DNA of 64,000 nucleotides from a virus: IMG/VR virus record IMGVR_UViG_3300023491_000002; one strand, 5' to 3'. Shown piece by piece: positions 57,969 to 64,000 of this stretch (position 1 is its first letter; each line of letters starts with the position of its first letter). The notes under the pieces were generated by a model. It saw only the letters and a program-made list of their open reading frames with translations, ran no database searches and was not told where the DNA came from. The position numbers and the translations under genes were made by a program.

Positions 57969-58020
57969 CTTTGTAATCCCCAGTAGGGAAATAGGTGTGG
58001 AAGGGAGCAACATTTTGCTA
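57969..58020 (+). repeat. Interspersed GC-rich mini-element, copy G (in the large non-coding region)
   Basis: CTTTGTAATCCCCAGTAGGGAAATAGGTGTGGAAGGGAGCAACATTTTGCTA. Confidence 0.85.
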
Positions 58021-58149
58021 TTACTCATGGTTATTCTAATATTATTAAAGATACTTCTACCACTGCAAAACTTATGAATCTTACTCATGCTTATTCAAAA
58101 TACATTGAAGATGCTTATATTAACTCTGATAATACGGGTGATGATACGG

Positions 58150-58196
58150 ATGTTCCGCGCGTCACCAGTCCTTCTTCCCTACTGGGGTCTGCTGAT
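58150..58196 (-). repeat. Interspersed GC-rich mini-element, copy H (in the large non-coding region, converging with copy G)
   Basis: Reverse complement reads CAGCAGACCCCAGTAGGGAAGAAGGACTGGTGACGCGCGGAACATCC. Confidence 0.8.
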
Positions 58197-58451
58197 CGTT
58201 ACAAAGCCCCTAGAGTTGGTAGTTGCAAAGCTATTCAAGATAGTATTGTTACTATAAGTATTACAGATGCTTTTCGTAGCTTTGTTACATTTTGCATTGA
58301 GCGGGGTGGAATTCCTATATATACTCTAAGTTTACTTAATGTTACTCTAAGTATTACTAAAGATACTTAAAGGAACTTAGAAGGGCATATACTTACTAAA
58401 GGTAATACTATTATATTTAAAGTTATTTTAAGTAGCTTCGGGGTGCTTTGT

Positions 58452-58563
58452 AAAGGAGAGAAGAGGGAGGAAAAGAGAGGGAGAGAAAAGGGGAGAAAAG
58501 AGGGGGACTATAGGGGGTAATAAGAGGGGATATGAGTAGGTGAGTATTGGTGGGTGATAAGAG
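58452..58563 (+). repeat. Homopurine/homopyrimidine tract (56 nt of pure A/G at 58452-58507, purine-rich to 58563) with four G4-G5 runs (58490-58529) giving G-quadruplex/H-DNA potential
   Basis: AAAGGAGAGAAGAGGGAGGAAAAGAGAGGGAGAGAAAAGGGGAGAAAAGAGGGGGA has no pyrimidine on the plus strand. G-runs GGGG, GGGGG, GGGGG, GGGG are separated by 8, 6 and 8 nt. Confidence 0.9.
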
Positions 58564-58651
58564 GTTTATTTGAATATAATTAAAATACATATTACGGACG
58601 GACGAATTTGAAGTAGTAATATTGTCATTGATATTACCTTTGGTAATCTTT

Positions 58652-58712
58652 ATATATATCCTTATATATATCGCAAAGCTCTGCATAGCGCATACGTGCG
58701 TGCGTATATATA
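58652..58712. repeat. (TA)n blocks plus a 24-nt perfectly alternating pyrimidine-purine tract (58689-58712, CGCATACGTGCGTGCGTATATATA), Z-DNA-prone; TGCGTGCGT recurs at 58786
   Basis: Read directly from the sequence. Confidence 0.8.
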
Positions 58713-59271
58713 GACAAAGGTATGAATGTGGTAGTACTGCGAATACTTTGCATATTGATTCGAAGCATTTAGAAGAACAAGGCACTGCGTGCGTGGCTGT
58801 AAATCTGGGTGAAGACGCTAGTACTATTGAGATTTCTATTGAATACTGCCTTTGAAACAGAAAAATATAAGGTTTAGAAAAAGATATTCAAGTAATCCCT
58901 TGTAATATCTAATTTATTCATATCTTTGTGAGTGACCTTTACTCATAATGAAGTCGGGAGTACTGACTACTGCTGTAACTGAAGACATCGCTGCTATTGT
59001 TGGTACTCCCACTATTATTAATGGTAATTCTGTTACTCTCATTTTATACTTTGTTTCACATTGAGGACGTGTTGGATAAAGATTTTCCGTTTCTGTTATT
59101 TGCCCTTTTGAAGACCGTCCTCCTTTTAAACCTACTACTATGTACACTGTTACAGTTAGTGCTACGTTAATGTTGTATAATATTACCTTTTATACTGACG
59201 CAGGTCTTTGTAGAGGTTATGAGATTGTGCCTATTAACATTGATTATCTTATAAAGTAAATTATTTAAACT

Positions 59272-59748
59272 ATGGATTCAATTCAAACTAAAATCGAAGC
59301 TATTAAAGCTGATAAGAATAATCTTAAAACAGCTTGTGTTGCGCCGGGTTCTCTTTGTAATATTAAGGTTGGCGAAGGTCGAGTTATTATTGCAAATCAA
59401 TATAAGATGTCTCCGCTTGAAGTAACTGATGTTATGAAAATTGATAGAGAAGTTCCTAAAGCTACTTATTGTATTGCTATTCCTGACAATGTCCTACCGG
59501 ATATGCTCGGTCGTGAAGTTGTTCTTGATATGTCTTATGGTGGCAAAGGTGTACCTCTAAGTCATAAGATTAAAAATCTTGACAAAAAGCTTATTGATGT
59601 TCTTGGTGGTGATGATAATTTTAGAGTTGTCGAAAATCGTCCGGGTCTTAAAGATCGTAGTAAGCTTATTGTTGGTGAAGATGGTAAAGTTGAATTTTGG
59701 GAATGTAATCTTATTTCTCTTAATCAAATTGGTGGTGTGATTTATTAA
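59272..59748 (+). CDS. Hypothetical protein (158 aa), first gene transcribed rightward from the divergent non-coding region
   Basis: ATG 59272. Confidence 0.55.
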   Translation: MDSIQTKIEAIKADKNNLKTACVAPGSLCNIKVGEGRVIIANQYKMSPLEVTDVMKIDREVPKATYCIAIPDNVLPDMLGREVVLDMSYGGKGVPLSHKIKNLDKKLIDVLGGDDNFRVVENRPGLKDRSKLIVGEDGKVEFWECNLISLNQIGGVIY

Positions 59749-59760
59749 TATAATTCTGTT

Positions 59761-60276
59761 ATGGCTAAAGGTGCTAGGTTATTTCCTCTTCAAGTCACGA
59801 GACTTTATGAGAGAATAGTTGCAGTTGTAGATCGTAAAAGAAAGGAACCTACTAAGATGTATTATAAGACCAAAAAAGGTCGTCATTTTATTGAACGTTA
59901 TACTCCCGAACAGATTTGGTGTAGAGACTTTCTTACATTTATTCGTAATAAAGAAGATTTTGAACGTTTTCTAAATGATATTGCAGATAGTCAGTGGATG
60001 TCTATTCTTACTGCAATGCAACGTGTGGATAGAGAGATTGAAATACCTTCCTTTGGTAAACATTGGATTCATCCTGAAACTTACGATATTTATGCTGAAT
60101 GTGGTTTTGATTTTAATAAGATGACTTCTTTACCGCATGAATATATGAAAGAACGTCACAAAGCGTTCTATGAACGATTACGAAAGAAGCTATTCCTTAA
60201 ACTTACTGATAAAGCAGCTTATGACGCAGATTATACCCAGAGACTTGCCGATCTTCTTCGACGAGGAAAAGCATAA
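59761..60276 (+). CDS. Hypothetical protein (171 aa)
   Basis: ORF. Confidence 0.55.
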   Translation: MAKGARLFPLQVTRLYERIVAVVDRKRKEPTKMYYKTKKGRHFIERYTPEQIWCRDFLTFIRNKEDFERFLNDIADSQWMSILTAMQRVDREIEIPSFGKHWIHPETYDIYAECGFDFNKMTSLPHEYMKERHKAFYERLRKKLFLKLTDKAAYDADYTQRLADLLRRGKA

Positions 60277-61225
60277 ATATACTGATGCTCTTGATAGAGA
60301 GTATATATCTACTACTACTATTATTGGTAAGTTTGTAGAACAAAAGGATTGGAAAGCTATTGCTGAAGCTTGTGCTAATATTGGTAGTCGTCCTGTTCCT
60401 CCTACTCATAGAAATTATAGTAAATATATTCGATATAGAGGTAAGACTGTTAAACAGATTCTTGCTGAATGGAAGATTGAAACTGAAAAGGCTTGTGCTA
60501 AGGGAACTGAAAAGCATAATTTCCTAGAACAATGCGTGAAAAGATGTAACAACTACTATTTAAATGCGAATGGTTTTATTGATGGTCGTATTTATACAGT
60601 AGATGATATTATAAGAACTCATAGTTATGGCAGACTCGATCTTGATTATTTTCGAGTTGTTGGTATTGCTGATAGGTATCCTCAAATTTACGAGTTTATT
60701 AAGGATATGACTTCTATGGGATTTGAGATCTATGCTGAGATTGGTGTTTATCATCCAGAATATTTGATTTCAGGTCTTGTTGATATTTTATTTGTTAAAG
60801 GGGATGAGTTCTTTATTCTTGATTGGAAAACTAATAAAGCACCTATTCGATTTGAAGGTGGATATTGGGCTAAGAAAGCAGATGGTACTATTGACTTAGA
60901 TAAGTACATTGTTACTAATGAAACTATGTTGTTTCCTATAAATCATTTACAGGATTCTACTGGTATTCATTATTCTCTTCAATTAAGTATGTATGATTAT
61001 CTGATTGAACAATGGGGGTTTAAATGCCTTGGTAATATGCTTTGTCATATTAGGACTATTGAGAATCCTTTGATTCCTGATGATATGCCACATGAAGAGG
61101 TTGTTACTTTTGTTGATATTAAATACCTTAAAGCTGAGGTTAAAGCCATTTGTGATTATAGACTTGCTCAATTAAATAAAGAACGTAAAGCTAATACCAA
61201 TTTGTTTAACTATAATATCAAGTAA
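60221..61225 (+). CDS. PD-(D/E)xK nuclease, lambda-Exo/YqaJ/Cas4-like exonuclease (about 334 aa)
   Basis: GLVDILFVKGDEFFILDWKTNK is the D...E.K motif and YSLQLSMYDYL is the QxxxY motif. There is no in-frame ATG after the upstream stop, so the start (for example ATG 60221) overlaps the preceding gene by about 55 nt. Confidence 0.6.
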   Translation: MTQIIPRDLPIFFDEEKHKYTDALDREYISTTTIIGKFVEQKDWKAIAEACANIGSRPVPPTHRNYSKYIRYRGKTVKQILAEWKIETEKACAKGTEKHNFLEQCVKRCNNYYLNANGFIDGRIYTVDDIIRTHSYGRLDLDYFRVVGIADRYPQIYEFIKDMTSMGFEIYAEIGVYHPEYLISGLVDILFVKGDEFFILDWKTNKAPIRFEGGYWAKKADGTIDLDKYIVTNETMLFPINHLQDSTGIHYSLQLSMYDYLIEQWGFKCLGNMLCHIRTIENPLIPDDMPHEEVVTFVDIKYLKAEVKAICDYRLAQLNKERKANTNLFNYNIK

Positions 61226-61228
61226 ACT

Positions 61229-61888
61229 ATGAGTGAATTAACGAATGCTTTAATTACTTATGATGACGTCATAGCTAAGACTAATATTGATGTTCTTCGT
61301 AAGATTGCTAAAGTTCATGACTTTGTTATCTTTGATAAAGGTAACTACAATCTGAACATTTGGGGTATTAGATGTAACACTGCTGATACAGGTACATTTA
61401 ATGATCTTCTTCTTGTATTCTACAAAGTTAATGATGCCAATCCTAAAATGAATGGTAAATGGACTTATAATTGGTTTTCAATAACTACTGATCCTTCTGA
61501 TTTAAATCTGATTAAACCTATAAATTCTAAAGGTTGCGCTATTTTAAAAGAAGGTCAATTTAGAAATGCCTTTAAAATTGGAAAACATAAAGGCGATTAT
61601 CCTGCACTTGTTCAAGTTAAACCTCTTCCACTTTATCGTGACAATAATCGAGATAATAAACTTGATTTATCTGGTCGTATTAGTTACGAGATGGCTGGTA
61701 TTAATATACATCGTGCTTCTAAGTGGAAAATTATTCGTACTATCGGTCTTTATTCTGCTGGTTGTCAAGTTTTTGAATCTGTTAGAGATTATGAAGATAA
61801 ATTTATGCCATTGGTAAATAAGGCTAAAGATTTATATGGTAATTCTTTTACTTATACTCTTACTAATATTAAAGAGTTCAAATTATGA
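61229..61888 (+). CDS. Hypothetical protein (219 aa); candidate cell-wall hydrolase by position only
   Basis: Lies immediately upstream of lipoprotein and membrane-protein genes. No catalytic motif confidently recognised. Confidence 0.3.
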   Translation: MSELTNALITYDDVIAKTNIDVLRKIAKVHDFVIFDKGNYNLNIWGIRCNTADTGTFNDLLLVFYKVNDANPKMNGKWTYNWFSITTDPSDLNLIKPINSKGCAILKEGQFRNAFKIGKHKGDYPALVQVKPLPLYRDNNRDNKLDLSGRISYEMAGINIHRASKWKIIRTIGLYSAGCQVFESVRDYEDKFMPLVNKAKDLYGNSFTYTLTNIKEFKL

Positions 61889-62202
61889 AAATAGATTTTA
61901 AAGGGGTGTTGATAGCACTCCTTTTTTTAGCTCTATGTTTTACTAATATTATTCAATGTAATGAAGAAGAACGAATACCGACAACCGATATTTCTTATCA
62001 TACTTTGGATTCTCTTGGTAGGGTTATTTCTGCTTTGGAGAATTACGCTATAAAACAAGAACGTCTTATAGATAGTCTCAAAGCTAATACAAATAAAACT
62101 ATAATTAAATATGAAACAGATATTAAGAACTTCTCTGATGTTTATGTTGTTTCTGATGATAGCATCGCTCGATATATACGGCAGAGAATTGAAAGTCTTT
62201 AA
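61885..62202 (+). CDS. Putative lipoprotein (105 aa); o-spanin-like candidate
   Basis: N-terminal signal sequence with LALC lipobox-like motif. Overlaps the next gene. Confidence 0.35.
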   Translation: MKIDFKGVLIALLFLALCFTNIIQCNEEERIPTTDISYHTLDSLGRVISALENYAIKQERLIDSLKANTNKTIIKYETDIKNFSDVYVVSDDSIARYIRQRIESL

Positions 62203-62530
62203 AGATACTGTTATTACATATACTCTTGAAGATAATCGTAAAATTGCAATTCTTCTTAAACAAGGTGAATATGATGCAGCTTTATGTAAATCTTTAAAGA
62301 GCATTATTATTAAGCAAGATACTCTTATTGATGGTTTGAAACATATTCTTTATACTCTTACGAATCAAGCGAACGTTTATAAGCAATCTATTGTTGAACT
62401 AGAAAAGAGTAATAAAGATATGATTAAAGATCTTAAGAAGTATATGCGTCGTTCTGCTAAGTGGGCTAAGATCGGTGGTGTTTCTATTGGTCTTAATGTT
62501 ATGTTTCTAACTTTATTGATTCTAATATGA
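62141..62530 (+). CDS. Membrane protein with C-terminal TM anchor (about 129 aa); spanin or holin-like candidate
   Basis: Hydrophobic N-terminus and a C-terminal WAKIGGVSIGLNVMFLTLLILI helix. The ORF track starts at 62111, but MFMLFLMIA at 62141 is the likely start. Embedded or overlapping arrangement with the lipoprotein gene. Confidence 0.35.
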   Translation, partial: FMLFLMIASLDIYGRELKVFKDTVITYTLEDNRKIAILLKQGEYDAALCKSLKSIIIKQDTLIDGLKHILYTLTNQANVYKQSIVELEKSNKDMIKDLKKYMRRSAKWAKIGGVSIGLNVMFLTLLILI

Positions 62531-63192
62531 AAACAGTTTTTCTTAATCCTTTTCTTCCTACTGATTTAAATGAGAAAGTAACATCTGTCAGTTTTAAGAT
62601 TGGTTCTTTTGATTATATAGCTAAACACGCTAATGTCAAAACTACTGAAATTGATTTTGATAAACGTATCATACAAATCAATGATGCTTTAGATTCAACT
62701 GCATCTCTTAGAGAACTTGTTAGAGCATTCTTTATTATTGTTGCTTATGAGCTTAATTTAAATGCCGAATTTCCAAATAGCAAAAAAGCTTATCTTGATG
62801 ATATTGCAATGGCTCATTTGAGTTTCTTATTTACTCATTGGTGGGATGATTCTACTTTTGATTGGGAATATAATACTGATTATCCTAAGAGTTTTAAGGT
62901 TGGTTCAGTTATCTATAGAGTCTATAATATGACTGAGGTTTCTTATCAATCTACTCAAGGAATACAATATGGAGTTTCTGATCACGTTCTTGGTTTAATC
63001 TATATTATCCTTAGAGATAGAAGTAAAGATATTCCTAGTTCTATAAGAACTCAAACGTTTTGGCATGAGTATGTTCACTGTTTATTCGTTCAAGCTAATG
63101 AAGATTATGCGAATGATATTGAATATGTTGTAGATGCTTATGCTACTCAAATTTGTGAATTTATGAGACAATTTTCAAAAATTAAAAATTAA
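62527..63192 (+). CDS. HExxH-motif protein (221 aa), possible metallopeptidase
   Basis: TFWHEYVHCLF contains HEYVH, with Glu/Asp downstream (NEDYAND). Confidence 0.3.
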   Translation: MKTVFLNPFLPTDLNEKVTSVSFKIGSFDYIAKHANVKTTEIDFDKRIIQINDALDSTASLRELVRAFFIIVAYELNLNAEFPNSKKAYLDDIAMAHLSFLFTHWWDDSTFDWEYNTDYPKSFKVGSVIYRVYNMTEVSYQSTQGIQYGVSDHVLGLIYIILRDRSKDIPSSIRTQTFWHEYVHCLFVQANEDYANDIEYVVDAYATQICEFMRQFSKIKN

Positions 63193-63209
63193 CATATAAT
63201 TATGGATAA

Positions 63210-63818
63210 AGCTTTATAACAGTTACTCCAGATACAGGCCAAAATAATGGGACTTTATCTGTTAATGCTGATAAAAATGAGAATTATGTTAGTAGATATG
63301 CTACATTTAAGGTTGAGGGGGGGGGTATTACTAAATCTGTATCAATAGAACAAGATCCTAATTCTTATATTTATATTGATTGTGGATATATATTTTCTAA
63401 TGCCAATATACAAGAACCTTATAAATTAATTCGTCATGATGATGTTACATATTTGATGTTTAATGTAAAATTTACTGATTTTATATTAGGCTCAATGAAT
63501 CAATTTATTATTAAAAATGTATCTAGCTTACAAGTTGAATTTAATGATCCTGTGATTAGTTCTATAGTGCTTACTTCTATAAACCAGTCTTTAGGTAATA
63601 TAGATTTAAATGGATTTACTACAAAAGTTGTTCCTAATTCTGAAAGGGAAGGTACAGTATTATCTATTATAGATATAACTCCTGCTAAGCTTAATGAAAT
63701 TGTTGCAAAGATAAATTCTGCGCGTGATGCTTCTTCTACTGGAGGTATAGGAATATCTATATTTATTAAAACAACTGGCTCACGAGAAGATTTAGCTATA
63801 AGGATTAATGTAATTTAA
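63210..63818 (+). CDS. Ig-like/BACON-like N-terminal domain protein (about 203 aa as read); apparent +1 frameshift relative to ATG 63202; contains a G9 homopolymer
   Basis: The frame open from 63210 encodes SFITVTPDTGQNNGTLSVNADK..., homologous to the start of the next gene (MKKSFITVSPDSGQNDNVLNIVCDK). ATG 63202 (MDKAL*) is out of frame by one nucleotide at AAA 63208-63210. Confidence 0.45.
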   Translation, partial: SFITVTPDTGQNNGTLSVNADKNENYVSRYATFKVEGGGITKSVSIEQDPNSYIYIDCGYIFSNANIQEPYKLIRHDDVTYLMFNVKFTDFILGSMNQFIIKNVSSLQVEFNDPVISSIVLTSINQSLGNIDLNGFTTKVVPNSEREGTVLSIIDITPAKLNEIVAKINSARDASSTGGIGISIFIKTTGSREDLAIRINVI

Positions 63819-63825
63819 TATTATA

Positions 63826-64000
63826 TGAAAAAATCTTTTATTACTGTAAGTCCTGATTCGGGGCAAAATGATAATGTATTAAATATTGTTTGTGATAAAA
63901 CGACTTTATCTATGAAAAGAACAGAAGTTCTAAATGTTGCTGGGAGGGGGATATCTAAAACTATAGATATTTTTCAATCAGGTGTATTATATCCTATTAT
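63826..64000 (+). CDS. Paralogous Ig-like/BACON-like domain protein, 3'-truncated by the window end
   Basis: MKKSFITVSPDSGQ... is a paralog of the previous gene and contains a G5 tract where the paralog has G9. Confidence 0.5.

Noticed and set aside
7758-58196. Whether the repeated GC-rich elements form a CRISPR array
   Set aside because: Copies are dispersed over 50 kb, occur in both orientations and are not separated by regular spacers. There are no cas genes nearby.
57111-58785. ORFs 57111..57437, 57257..57574, 57615..57848 (minus), 58074..58370 (plus) and 58423..58785 (minus) as genes
   Set aside because: Translations are low-complexity (Leu-rich or Ser/Pro/Leu-rich). They lie in different overlapping frames and run through iterons, the repeat element or the polypurine tract, which is typical of spurious ORFs in repetitive DNA. 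Only the 57615..57848 frame looks protein-like, and it is discussed separately as a possible pseudogene.
61229-61888. Calling the 219-aa protein an M15 peptidase, NlpC/P60 hydrolase or lysozyme-type endolysin
   Set aside because: No catalytic motif (HxxGxAxD, Cys-His pair in the right context, or an E/D catalytic dyad) could be aligned confidently. Only the genomic context suggests a lysis role.
1-64000. Diversity-generating retroelement or retron
   Set aside because: There is no reverse-transcriptase-like ORF (no YxDD motif). There is no template/variable repeat pair of 100 bp or longer near a tail gene.
1-64000. Integrated prophage boundary, integrase or att site
   Set aside because: There are no integrase or recombinase genes, no tRNA, and no host-like genes. 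Gene content is uniformly phage-like with a lytic-type replication module.

Overview
This 64 kb window looks like a segment of a large, AT-rich (roughly 30% GC) tailed-phage genome of the crAss-like type, from a Bacteroidales-type host (inferred from gene content and AT bias). It has three parts. (1) Bases 1-26138 are a plus-strand block of virion genes ending in two giant ORFs of 2877 and 4416 aa. The 2877-aa protein carries a zincin HExxH motif and a C-terminal diphtheria-toxin/PARP-like ADP-ribosyltransferase signature (YHGS, GFYFT, Y-x10-Y). The 4416-aa protein carries a DYDID motif of the kind found in two-barrel virion-packaged RNA polymerases. These look like injected 'polyvalent' cargo and vRNAP proteins. 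(2) Bases 26570-57073 are a minus-strand block of about 50 replication, nucleotide-metabolism and small early-type genes. Recognisable products include a family-B DNA polymerase, an SF1B Dda/RecD-like helicase, an ATP-dependent DNA ligase, a Toprim primase-like protein, a RecT-like protein, a Gp157-like protein, a family-4 UDG-like protein, a ThyX-like protein, a MazG-like protein, DUF3310- and DUF932-like proteins, and small HExxH hydrolases. (3) After a 2.2 kb non-coding divergent junction (57074-59271), a second plus-strand block starts at 59272, with a PD-(D/E)xK exonuclease, a putative lysis cassette and paralogous Ig/BACON-like genes. All long ORFs end with standard TAA or TGA stops.

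The most striking feature is not a gene. It is a family of at least 11 copies of a GC-rich mini-element about 55 bp long, with the form TTTGCAA - CCCCAGTAGGG hairpin - AGGACTGG - GGAGCGGAAC - TTTGCA. Copies are scattered in both orientations. Some are intergenic, two pairs are inverted (one at the convergent junction, one in the large non-coding region), and three lie in frame inside coding sequences. The two sense-orientation in-frame copies encode the same peptide, NSLxPxRxxxxEGSGT, in two unrelated proteins. The large non-coding region also holds iteron-like repeats about 283 bp long, a 56-nt pure polypurine tract with G-quadruplex potential, a 24-nt alternating pyrimidine-purine tract, and GC hairpins. 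A second repeat-dense non-coding island of 0.8 kb lies at 53865-54687.

All functional calls rest on motifs I recognised by eye. No database searches were possible.
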